In this document: one piece after another, positions 16,914 to 26,082 of the stretch
How the letters are laid out: every line of letters starts with the position of its first letter
How positions within the stretch are numbered: the stretch's first letter is position 1
Assembly: GCA_051439605.1 (NCBI GenBank)
Contig: JBFRWN010000011.1
Location: 1 to 28,775 of the forward strand
From: Synechococcus sp.
GTDB lineage: Bacteria; Cyanobacteriota; Cyanobacteriia; Thermostichales; PCC-7336
Direction of reading: 5' to 3'
Length of the DNA: 28,775 nucleotides
Made by a program: the position numbers and the translations under genes
Notes under the pieces: model-generated
What the model was told of the DNA's origin: nothing
What the model saw: the letters and a program-made list of their open reading frames with translations, nothing else
The model's database searches: none

Positions 16914-18343
16914 GCGGCACCTCCAAACACTTCGATATTGTCAAAGGCACAAACCGGAGAGGCATGACCGACGCGGATGCATTGGTTGGGTTCCCCTTTG
17001 CCGCAGTAGGGGGTTCCAAACACTTCGAACGTGCTGCGATCGCCGACTTTCGATAAGCTACGCCAGAAGGGGTTGCTAATGCCGCGATAGTTGGGGTTAC
17101 GCAAAGTCTTGGTTAACTTGCCGTTTTCAATCAGTTTGGCGTATTCGCAGCCGAACTGAAATTTGTTGCGGTAATCGTCGATGGACCACGAGCGATTGGA
17201 TTCCATGTAGACACCGTGTTCGATCGCGCCGACGATGTCTTCGAAGCTAACATCGCCAGGTTCCAGGTTGAGGTTGGCCATGCGATCGATGGGGGGGCGA
17301 TTCCAAGAACAGGCACGGGAGTTAGCGACACCAGGGACACCCGAACGCTGTTGACTCTCGATACTGCCCAAGCCTCTTTGCAGGACGCCGTTTTGAATCA
17401 GGTATTCCCGCTGGGCAGGTGCCCCGACATCGTCGAAGGCATAGCTGGCCAGCTGTCCGGGGATAGAGGGGTCGAAGGTTACGTTCATGAGGGTCGAGCC
17501 ATAAACCAGTGAACCGAAGTCGGAGAGGTTCACAAAGCTGGAACCGGCATAGTTGCGTTCGTCACCCAGGATGCGGTCAAGCTCTAGCGGGTGGCCGACG
17601 CTCTCGTGGATTTGCAGCATCATTTGGTCGGGGGCCAACACGAGAGTGGTACAGGTATCGGGGCATTCCTCAGCCTCTAACAGTTCGATCGCCTGTTCCC
17701 CAATTTTGCGAGCACGACTGAGCACGTCCTCTTCTGCTAACACTTCGCTGCCGGTTTGGTAGCAGCGGGAGAAGGAACCGTTGTCGGTGCGTTGTTGGGT
17801 GATGGTTCCGTCTTGGGCAGTGGCGGTGAAATGAGTGTTGACGATCGCAAAGTGCTGGGAAATATCGGAGCCGTTGCTACTAACGAAATGCTGCTCCGTC
17901 TCGATAGTTTGGGCAAGTGCGGAGGTTTTGACAACTTTGTCAGAGACTTTAAGACGATCGCAGGATTGCTGCAACAGTCCGACTAGATCGCCAACAGAGA
18001 TGGCTTCTAGGGGTTTCTGTTGGGGCGATCGGTAGTGACCAACGGCTTTGGGGCGGACGTCGGTGGTAAAGGAATGAACGGCCCACTGGGAGGCGGCTAC
18101 GGCTTGCCGATGGGCGCGATTGGCGGCGGCTTGAATGCTTTCGGGGGTGAGGCGGTTGGTGGAAGCGTAGCCGAATTGGCCGTTGGCGAGGACTTCGACC
18201 ATGAGGCCGCGATCGCGACTGCGGCGGTTACCCTGCGGTTTTCCGTCGCGCACCGACCGAGTCGTGGTTGTTTCGGACATCAGTCGGAGTCCGACCCAAT
18301 CGGCATCAATGTCTAGGTGGTCGAGATGTTGATGCAGGTTCAT
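16910..18343 (-). CDS. tldD: TldD-family metalloprotease
   Basis: HESVGHPLELDRI (HExxxH), PPIDRMANLN, SWSIDDYR and CGKGEPNQ; start may be 18343 or 18364. Confidence 0.92.
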   Translation of the reverse strand: MNLHQHLDHLDIDADWVGLRLMSETTTTRSVRDGKPQGNRRSRDRGLMVEVLANGQFGYASTNRLTPESIQAAANRAHRQAVAASQWAVHSFTTDVRPKAVGHYRSPQQKPLEAISVGDLVGLLQQSCDRLKVSDKVVKTSALAQTIETEQHFVSSNGSDISQHFAIVNTHFTATAQDGTITQQRTDNGSFSRCYQTGSEVLAEEDVLSRARKIGEQAIELLEAEECPDTCTTLVLAPDQMMLQIHESVGHPLELDRILGDERNYAGSSFVNLSDFGSLVYGSTLMNVTFDPSIPGQLASYAFDDVGAPAQREYLIQNGVLQRGLGSIESQQRSGVPGVANSRACSWNRPPIDRMANLNLEPGDVSFEDIVGAIEHGVYMESNRSWSIDDYRNKFQFGCEYAKLIENGKLTKTLRNPNYRGISNPFWRSLSKVGDRSTFEVFGTPYCGKGEPNQCIRVGHASPVCAFDNIEVFGGAA

Positions 18344-18593
18344 ATCTGTCAGTATTCCATTCACCGTCTGTTAATTTCCAAAATGACATAAGCCGTTCTC
18401 TTCAGACTAACCAGGGAAGCAGTTCTCAGAATATGCTCAAGCAGATTGGTTTAGTTCACCCTACATTTGAAGAGTTAGAATTCAGGTCTAAAATTCGGGA
18501 ATGAGAGAAGGCATAGGTTGCTGAGGATGGATGGCAGCAATCAAAGCTTGCCGGAAGAACTGGATAGCAGACCCATGAGGTGTTGTTGAGACA

Positions 18594-19551
18594 ATGTCTA
18601 CTAACTTGTATAGAACAGATCTGGGGTGCTTGCTCGTTTCGCTCGTCGCGGCAACCGGGTTGTTGGCGAGTTGCAGTTCTTCCGAGGTCACAGATAGTGT
18701 GTCAGATGGCTTGACCTCCAATCGTCCGATTGCCTATACCGTCAACTATCCCCTGCAATACTTTGCCGAGAGCATTGGCGGAGACGCTATCAACGTTGAA
18801 TTTCCCGCACCACCCGATATCGATCCCGCAGTCTGGATGCCAGATACAGAGGAGATCGCTCAGTACCAGCAAGCCGATGCGATTTTCTTGAATGGTGCAG
18901 GGTACTCGCAATGGTTGAAGGCTGTAAGCTTGCCAGCCTCAAAGACCATCTATACTTCTGTTCCCTTTCAAGATCGATACATCCTGCAAGAGGACTGCGG
19001 TACTCACAGTCACGGTCTTGAGGGGGATCATTCCCACTGTGACTTTGCTTTCACCACCTGGCTGGACCCTCAATTGGCCATCTGACAAGCGCGATCGATC
19101 CGCGACGGGTTAAGCAAGTTGTTTCCCGCGAACAAGCAAGACTTTAACGCGAACTACCAATCGCTTGAAGCCGATCTCAGCAACTCGATCGCCAGCTTGA
19201 AACCATCGTCTCTGCAGATCCCGATAAACCGTTACTGTTCTCTCACCCCGTTTACGATTACCCGATCGATACGACCTCAACGCGAAAAGCGTCCATTGGG
19301 AGCCTGAGGAATTTCCCGACGAAACCCAGTGGCAGGAGCCTGAATTGATCGTGGCCAATTTCCAACCTAGCTGGATGATATGGGAAGGAGAACCCCTACC
19401 AGAAACTGTCGAAAAATTGGCTGAAATGGGGATTTCTAGCCTTGTGTTCGATCCAGCTGCCAACCGACCAGAAACAGGGGATTACCTCACCGTTATGCAG
19501 CGTAATGCGAATCATCTATCCCAGATCTTTGTAGTCGACTCCAAAGAATAA
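18594..19551 (+). pseudogene. Disrupted ZnuA/TroA-type metal ABC transporter substrate-binding lipoprotein
   Basis: Lipobox LLASC, VNYPLQYFAESIGG, FLNGAGY, His-rich HSHGLEGDHSH and TWLDP; in-frame TGA at 19083-19085, then frameshifts near 19180 and 19260 linking LLFSHPVYDY and SVHWEPEEFP...WMIWEGEP. Confidence 0.82.
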
Positions 19552-19575
19552 TTTGAGTTGTTCGATGAGGGATCC

Positions 19576-20283
19576 TCAATCCTCTGAATAAGTGAGTAGT
19601 AAACTCACTGCTAATAGCCCTAACGAAGTCAATCCCAGAAAAGCACCCCAAAACCAATAGGGGAGGAACAGCTCGCGTGAAATTTGTCCAGTATCCGACA
19701 GTACAAATTGCCCGTTAATCAAAATTCCCTTTGTAAATAGGTAGTCGAACTGGTTGTATGTACTCACACAAGCTTGTACCCCCAAAAACGGTAATGTAAA
19801 TTCTCGCAGCCACTTTGGTCCCCATATCGCAATAGCTGTAACGAGTCCGGCCCACCCCAAGATTGCGATCGCACCAAACAGAGTTCTGAGCCAAATTAGC
19901 GATACAAACAGCCCGCCCGCCAAAACCCCCAGGCTACAACGGCACCATTGAGGCCACCGAGCCATGACGATCGCCATCGATCCTGCAATTGCTGGTCCCA
20001 ATGGACCGCCAGCCGCGATTAACGCCCGCCCCAGTCTTCCACCCCAAACCCATCCTCCATAGGTGGCTACTCCACTGCCATTGGGGAATAGCTCCAATTT
20101 TTGAAAGGATCCGCCTAACAGCAATGCCGTTAATCCATGTCCCATCTCGTGAAACCAGACCGACAAAATCGTGAACGGGTAAAGGAATTGATGGCCAAAC
20201 GGCAACTGCCAAATCGTCACAGTTGCGATCGCTGCCGTAACCAAGAGAAAAAGAGCTTGTTTGCGAGCAATAGATGGACTCAT
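19576..20283 (-). CDS. M50B-like membrane metallopeptidase
   Basis: HEMGH zinc motif within a TM segment, AAGGPLGP, a late SD motif and multiple TM helices. Confidence 0.88.
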   Translation of the reverse strand: MSPSIARKQALFLLVTAAIATVTIWQLPFGHQFLYPFTILSVWFHEMGHGLTALLLGGSFQKLELFPNGSGVATYGGWVWGGRLGRALIAAGGPLGPAIAGSMAIVMARWPQWCRCSLGVLAGGLFVSLIWLRTLFGAIAILGWAGLVTAIAIWGPKWLREFTLPFLGVQACVSTYNQFDYLFTKGILINGQFVLSDTGQISRELFLPYWFWGAFLGLTSLGLLAVSLLLTYSED

Positions 20284-21052
20284 ATTCTGGAAATTGATTC
20301 AAGCGATCGCCAATTTATTTTGCAGGTATTTCGTAGTTCTGCCCAACTTATACTGGGCAGCAATGTAAACCTTCTCAACGAAGCCGATGGGCTCTCCAAT
20401 GCATTGGTTAACCTTGTCTTAACCTTAAAATAACCAAATATCGTCCGATGGTAGCTCTACTCATCACCTGGTATTGGTGTGGCCCTATGGCAATCTATAC
20501 TCGCGATACTCGTTGCTGGCAGCCTCAATACCAACAACAATGCCTCAACGGTCATCCTTCATTTCGGCAACTTTATGGCTCTGGCAAGAAATGTACCGTA
20601 CAGCCTGCAGTTAATTCTGGATAAAGTATGGTCATTTAAGTTGAAAGGCAGACCCATTGACATAGCTTATGTGGCTGATGTTGTAGCGGTCTGGTCCCGA
20701 TCGTTGGTTTGACATTGTTCGTCTAGCCGTAGCAAATTTACGTCTGTCCGCTACCCGCTAGTTGAACCGATAACGCATGATGGAGTTAGAGGCAGACTGT
20801 GTAGTCTCAATCATTTCTGGTTATTGACGAACACTGACGCGCTCTTACTGTGAGCACCAACTCCAACGATTGCAGCCAGATCGTTTGACTTCTTCGTTCA
20901 ACTTTTGTATCTGCGCACCTCACCAACATCGTTTTTTGCCTGTCTGAATTTCATTCCTTCGAGTGCCCTTGAAACTCGGGCAGCCAGCCAGAAAGACAAT
21001 CCTACGGCTACATCTGTTTGCGGGTTACTCCCCATACATTTGGAGCGTCATC

Positions 21053-21343
21053 ATGAAAGTCACACAACGATTTCTATCCGCTGTTCTGACCCTAGCAGCC
21101 ATTGCTTTTGCGATCGCTGCTGCCCCAGCAGATGCTCATCACTATCGCGTCAGGACTAACAGGGTTAGTGTTGGAGCGATTGACTATGGTTACGGGCGCT
21201 ACGACTCTCCCTGCAACTACGGCAATCGCCGATTGATGAACAACAGCCCTTTCATTCGTCGCCGCCGTTTCATTCGCAACCGTCAATTCAACCGGTTCAA
21301 TCGCTACGAAACTGACAGATCGGGTATGTATATTCGCTTTTAA
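21053..21343 (+). CDS. Small secreted Arg/Asn/aromatic-rich hypothetical protein
   Basis: GGAG RBS before ATG 21053; signal peptide ending APADA; 68-aa mature part with 16 Arg, ending GMYIRF. Confidence 0.72.
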   Translation: MKVTQRFLSAVLTLAAIAFAIAAAPADAHHYRVRTNRVSVGAIDYGYGRYDSPCNYGNRRLMNNSPFIRRRRFIRNRQFNRFNRYETDRSGMYIRF

Positions 21344-21444
21344 TGAATAACATCCCCCCAGGCAATTCGAATGCGATGGCCGTCGAACCGGGAGAAATTG
21401 TAACCTTCGAGCTGCTCGGCATGGGTACGGCTGTAGTCGTTAAG

Positions 21445-22641
21445 CTAAGCTGTATTCTTGGGCACGAGATAGGTTTGAATCACCGTTTCGAATCTAGAAA
21501 CTGAGAGGGGTTTACCCAGAAAATCTGTCGATCCAGATAGCTTTGCACGTACTCTGTCTATAATTCCATCATTGCCAGTCAAGATAATAATTGGGACATT
21601 TTTGAAGCACTCTTGATGTCGTAACTGGGTGCAAATTTCATATCCATTCGTATTTGGCATCACTAAATCTAAAAAGATCAGATCGGGCTTGCGATCCAAT
21701 AAGATATCCATTGCTTGTAACGGATCGGTAATCGAAATATAGTTATATCCTGCATCTGTCGCGAGCATCTTCATGTATTCGCAGATTGCCCGACTATCGT
21801 CAATACAGGCAATCGTTAAAACTTCCTCAGAAGCTTGAGGCGTAGCATCATCTGGGGGAGCCGCGACTTTGACTGGACATGGTAAATCGGAAATTTCGCT
21901 CCAAGTTAAAATTCCATTCTGAACGAAGGGCGTTAGCGTTCGTATAAACTGCTTAACATCCTTCTTGAACTTGGCCGAAATCTCTCGAACTGTGGAATTG
22001 CCATCCATCATGGCCATCATGGTTCGATAAACCGCAGGAGGAGTCTGTTTTTGTAGTATGTCGGGCTGAACCACCTTAATTCCCATATTGGGTCGATAGG
22101 CCAGTATGCTGGCTTCCCGCCAGGAAGACCATTCGGATTCAGCTGCATCGCTAGCTTGTTCGGGGTCGATTAAGATGGTTGTGGGTAATTTTGTTTCTTC
22201 TTCAATTAATTGAGTTTGAATTTCACCTGATTGCCAGATATCGAAAGTTGACCAAATGATTGCAGTTTGAGAAATATTGGTCAGTTGTTGGCGAGAGATC
22301 GACCCCTGTTTGAGGTTTTCGTGTAGAATTTCGTATTCCCAGCACTGCACTGGGCTTTGAGTTGAGGGACTTTTTAGGCTACGCAGGATTTGCTGTCGTT
22401 GGAGGTTATCGGTGTGCTGCTGAATTAGGGCAAGCCACTGCCTGACGGGGTGCGTGCCACCAGAGGCAAAGAGGATGCGCCCGTAGTAGACATAAAAATT
22501 CCACATCACCTCTTGGGCACTTTTCGCGACTAATCTGCCGCAAAAGTGCTTGCCTTTTAGACCCCGTAAAGTTGATGCAAACGCAAGCTGCTGCTCCGTA
22601 AGTATTGCAATGCGATCGCCCAGTAAACTGTTCGAACTCAT
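21445..22641 (-). CDS. PatA-family response regulator (PATAN domain plus C-terminal receiver)
   Basis: WNFYVYYGRILFASGGTHPVRQW, CWEYEIL; receiver IACIDDS, PDLIFLDLVMPNTNGYEIC, ILTGNDGIIDRVRAK and FLGKP. Confidence 0.9.
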   Translation of the reverse strand: MSSNSLLGDRIAILTEQQLAFASTLRGLKGKHFCGRLVAKSAQEVMWNFYVYYGRILFASGGTHPVRQWLALIQQHTDNLQRQQILRSLKSPSTQSPVQCWEYEILHENLKQGSISRQQLTNISQTAIIWSTFDIWQSGEIQTQLIEEETKLPTTILIDPEQASDAAESEWSSWREASILAYRPNMGIKVVQPDILQKQTPPAVYRTMMAMMDGNSTVREISAKFKKDVKQFIRTLTPFVQNGILTWSEISDLPCPVKVAAPPDDATPQASEEVLTIACIDDSRAICEYMKMLATDAGYNYISITDPLQAMDILLDRKPDLIFLDLVMPNTNGYEICTQLRHQECFKNVPIIILTGNDGIIDRVRAKLSGSTDFLGKPLSVSRFETVIQTYLVPKNTA

Positions 22642-22867
22642 AAATACACCTATAGAAGCAATGGATGGATAGATGGAGAGTGCCCAGGTACGAACAAAAA
22701 TATACTTAATGGGCAAGTCAACAAACGCATAGGGCTCAACCGTAGTTAAGTGTTCCCCAAAACCTACAAAATCATTCAGCCTATCTTGTCGCTTTTTGAG
22801 AGATCCATAATGTTTCGGTAGACATCCTTCTCGACTTGCGATCTGAAATAAATATTTATAATTAAAT

Positions 22868-23587
22868 TTACCCTACAAGTTGTTTTTTATTTGATGCATT
22901 CCTATGGCATGTATATCCTGTAGGTACTTCAATGCCCAAGAACTCTCCCAGCTTTCGCCACTTATCCGGATCCTCAAGCCTTCCCACATGCAGGGAATCT
23001 GGAGCATGCCTTTGAAAAAATTCCTGAACTTCTAGATTATGAAGTCGATAAATATTCTTGTAATGTTCCGCATGACCAGGAAGCTTCATCATTTTTTCAG
23101 AATAGATTTCGTTTTCAATCTTTTCATCGATCTTACCGGAATGTAGAAGATCGAGGTATTCTAGTTCTCTCCTATATATTTTGCAGTGAATTCTACTTCT
23201 ATCAAGAATATTTCCCCTAGAGTGTTTAACCATAGACTGAAACCATGCATCAGGGTCTCTCGTAAAAAGGATGAATTTTGCATTCGGGAAGCGATTGAAT
23301 AAAACCTTGTAGAAATCAGGCAAGAACCATGGAGAGTCTTCAAACGCATTGGCTATCTTAAAATCTATAGAAGAAAAAATTTTCTCGTAGTCACCTTCAT
23401 ACCAAAAATCTGACCAACCGTTCTTCTCGTCTTTCGGCCAGCCTGCCCATCGAAAGCCAAAGTCGCGGAAAAATTTGCCGACTGATGTGGTTCCAGTGCG
23501 CTGCATGGAGAGACAAAAAACCTTCTCCGATCTGCTGTAGTACTTAGCCTGAAAAACTTTGTACGTTTTTTTAATTAGGCCCTTCAT
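22868..23587 (-). CDS. Sulfotransferase-family (P-loop-like) protein
   Basis: KVFCLSMQRTGTTS PAPS-binding loop, FPNAKFILFTRDPDAWFQS and WRKLGEFLG; visibly AT-rich. Confidence 0.85.
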   Translation of the reverse strand: MKGLIKKTYKVFQAKYYSRSEKVFCLSMQRTGTTSVGKFFRDFGFRWAGWPKDEKNGWSDFWYEGDYEKIFSSIDFKIANAFEDSPWFLPDFYKVLFNRFPNAKFILFTRDPDAWFQSMVKHSRGNILDRSRIHCKIYRRELEYLDLLHSGKIDEKIENEIYSEKMMKLPGHAEHYKNIYRLHNLEVQEFFQRHAPDSLHVGRLEDPDKWRKLGEFLGIEVPTGYTCHRNASNKKQLVG

Positions 23588-23714
23588 CTATATCTCTCTA
23601 GGCAAACTAAATATACGGTTTGGATTCCGATCCCCCCTTTAGTGGGCGACAGGCTTCTAATGTACAAATAATAGCAAAGAGCACCCTGATCATGTCAATT
23701 ATTTCACAGTTCCT

Positions 23715-23835
23715 CATTGACGTGGTCGACTTGGGCCAAATATTCCTACCAGACACGCTATCAATCTGTCCCTTACGAATCATGTTGGTGTTCTCGCGGC
23801 CCCTGAAGGGTCGGTGAGGAGGTGGAAAAACGCCG
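23715..23835 (-). mobile_element. Highly degraded IS6-family transposase C-terminal fragment
   Basis: Minus strand reads FRGRENTNMIRKGQIDSVSGRNI, then after a frameshift LAQVDHVNE; this resembles the IS6 G-x-E-x-x-x-M-I-R-K-G-Q motif. Confidence 0.55.
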
Positions 23836-24097
23836 CTTTGTCATTCCGATCAGCCTCTATTGATAGCAAGATTTTCCTTCAATCCATTGCAAATTCCATG
23901 ATGGTGCCACTGTGCTCGGCCAAACCTAGGTGGATGTAATCAGCCCTGGCGTTGTTGGCACGGTGGATTTTCATGGGAATTGAACAAATAGGAGAGGTTT
24001 AGAATAGTTTGTTCGTTCATCGGAAATCAAAAGACTTTCTTGAATAGCAATATCGCCCCCTTTCACATGTTTGATTTACCACTGGTTCTTCCACAGG

Positions 24098-25009
24098 CTA
24101 TGGAACCTCTTGGTTTTCTGAATGTAGCCCAATCCCGCTCCACTGGATGGGAGTCGGTGGCTTTTGAATCCGCCGATAGGAAAAGAAATTCTCATCGTCG
24201 CTCCAGGTGCAGTGGGGACTGAGGCAGATGTTCGAAAGTTTTACCCCCACCGCTAGCAATTGGTGAACGATCGCCGCCCGCAAATCCACCCGCACCTTGT
24301 CAGGATGCTCGTCCCGGTAGGTAACAGGGGGCACCTCGGGGTGTTCTTTCTTCTGAAGGATGGACACAACGCGATCGCCTACCTCTTGCGATACCTGATA
24401 AATAGGGCCAGAAATGGCTGGACCGATCGCCACTGCCAACTCAGAAACAGATGCCCCCTGCTTGCACAGCGATAGAGCCGTTTGCGGCACAATTTCAGCA
24501 GCAGTGCCCCGCCACCCCGAATGAATCGCCGCCACCCGATGCGGATGGGCAATCAATACCGGGACGCAATCCGCCGATCTCACCCACACCGAGCCCCCCC
24601 GTCGTTCAGTAGCCACAGCATCTGCATCTTCCTGTTGATTCGACTGTTCGTCGAACCACACCAAGCGATCGCCATGCACCTGCGTGGTCCAGTCAGCCAT
24701 CGCCCCCTCCAACCCCAATTGCACGAGGGATAAGGTATCTGGCTTGTGGGGATAGCTATGGCGGCTGCTAAAGGCGTGGGGCCAGGATTCCAGCAGCCTA
24801 CACGTCAACCATCGTTGGCCCTCGCGATGGTGCCACTGCCACTGGCTCTCATCAGCAATAGCCAGATCCCGCCAGTCCCGATCGTTCAGACTAGAACTGT
24901 TTTGGGCGGGTCTATCTGAATCGAATGGCTTTTGAAGAGAATCCACGCTCAGTTGGTCAACGCTTAGATCGTCAACGTTCAACTCATCTAGGCTAGGGGT
25001 ATTGGACAT
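24098..25009 (-). CDS. pgeF: PgeF/YfiH-family (laccase-domain, purine nucleoside phosphorylase-like) protein
   Basis: QVHG, ADAV, SADCVPVLI, AAIHSGWRGT, AIGPAISG and HCT...FFSYRR; GGAG RBS before ATG 25009. Confidence 0.9.
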   Translation of the reverse strand: MSNTPSLDELNVDDLSVDQLSVDSLQKPFDSDRPAQNSSSLNDRDWRDLAIADESQWQWHHREGQRWLTCRLLESWPHAFSSRHSYPHKPDTLSLVQLGLEGAMADWTTQVHGDRLVWFDEQSNQQEDADAVATERRGGSVWVRSADCVPVLIAHPHRVAAIHSGWRGTAAEIVPQTALSLCKQGASVSELAVAIGPAISGPIYQVSQEVGDRVVSILQKKEHPEVPPVTYRDEHPDKVRVDLRAAIVHQLLAVGVKLSNICLSPHCTWSDDENFFSYRRIQKPPTPIQWSGIGLHSENQEVP

Positions 25010-25200
25010 GATGTCTGTTGCTCCATCCAGGCTTGGGGAGCTTTCCCCAGCCAAGGTTCGTAGGGCTGTGTCGCGCAAATCGCGCTCGCGATGTCCAACC
25101 CCCTCATGTTCTAGCCCATTCAACTGGCTCGCGGCGAGGGGAATTCCAACTGAAGGGACTCAGGAAATTGGCAGTCAGCGAGTCTGGAAACGGAAATAAC

Positions 25201-25926
25201 TTATGGGCGATCGGCAGAAATTACCTCGTTGGGGGCGGCCAGTTGGGTCAGCTTATCTAGATCGCGATTGGCCCCAATTAGCACCACCACGTCTCCTCTG
25301 TAAATCTTGTCGTTGGGGGATGGGTTGACGTTAAATTTATCCGTGTGCTGAATGGCCAGCACGCTGACCCCAAAACGGGAGCGCAAGTTCAAATCCCTGA
25401 GCGTTTTCTCGGTCAGGGGCTCGGGGGCTACCATTTCCACGATGCTGTGCTCGGTATCCAGCTGCAAAGATTCCAGTAACCCTGTTGCAGTCAGTCGTAG
25501 CGCTAGGGTTCGCCCCATCTCCGCTTCGGGGTAAACCACCTGATCGGCCCCGACTTTCTCCAATACTTCACCGTGAATGGGGGATACCGCCTTAGCAATT
25601 ACGCGGGGGCAACCCATAGATTTGACATTCAAGGTGGCCAAAACGCTTTCGGCAAAATACTGACCGATCGCGATCACCACCACCCCAAACGAGGCTAAGC
25701 CCGCCTGCTTGAGGGCGGCTGGGTCTGTGGCATCCAGCTGGACGGCCTGGGTGGCAATGCAGTTGGTATTGGCGTACGAGATCCGATCTGCACTGACATC
25801 AATGGCAAGCACTTCGTAACCGATTTGGTAGAGGGTACGGGCAACCGATGTGCCAAAGCGTCCTAACCCAATCACCGCTACCTGTTTGTTTTTGCCGCGA
25901 GTAAACCAATTTGAAAAAGCTGTCAT
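25201..25926 (-). CDS. TrkA/KtrA-family potassium uptake regulatory subunit
   Basis: VAVIGLGRFG Rossmann motif, LEKVGADQVVYPEAEMG and a TrkA_C domain (LRDLNLRSRFGVSVLAI). Confidence 0.92.
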   Translation of the reverse strand: MTAFSNWFTRGKNKQVAVIGLGRFGTSVARTLYQIGYEVLAIDVSADRISYANTNCIATQAVQLDATDPAALKQAGLASFGVVVIAIGQYFAESVLATLNVKSMGCPRVIAKAVSPIHGEVLEKVGADQVVYPEAEMGRTLALRLTATGLLESLQLDTEHSIVEMVAPEPLTEKTLRDLNLRSRFGVSVLAIQHTDKFNVNPSPNDKIYRGDVVVLIGANRDLDKLTQLAAPNEVISADRP

Positions 25927-26082
25927 GCCAAAGTTTTATACCTTCTCGGATCGAGTATGCCCGATAGTACTCCTACAATCGGTCTATTTTGGGGGGCAAT
26001 TTACATTGGCCCCGGACTTACATTTTCCTCCACTGACAGGGGAAATAGGAAGATCGCATGCAGAGCGGAGTGTGGCTTTGGG

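Noticed and set aside
15570..18343. TldD/TldE as dedicated maturation protease for the secreted cluster
   Set aside because: TldDE is a widespread cytoplasmic protease and is separated from the cluster by IS debris; no specific link in the sequence.
20448..20624. 58-aa Cys-containing ORF (MVALLITWYWCGPMAIYTRDTRCWQPQY...) as a RiPP precursor
   Set aside because: No clear RBS, leader motif or adjacent modifying enzymes; could be chance.
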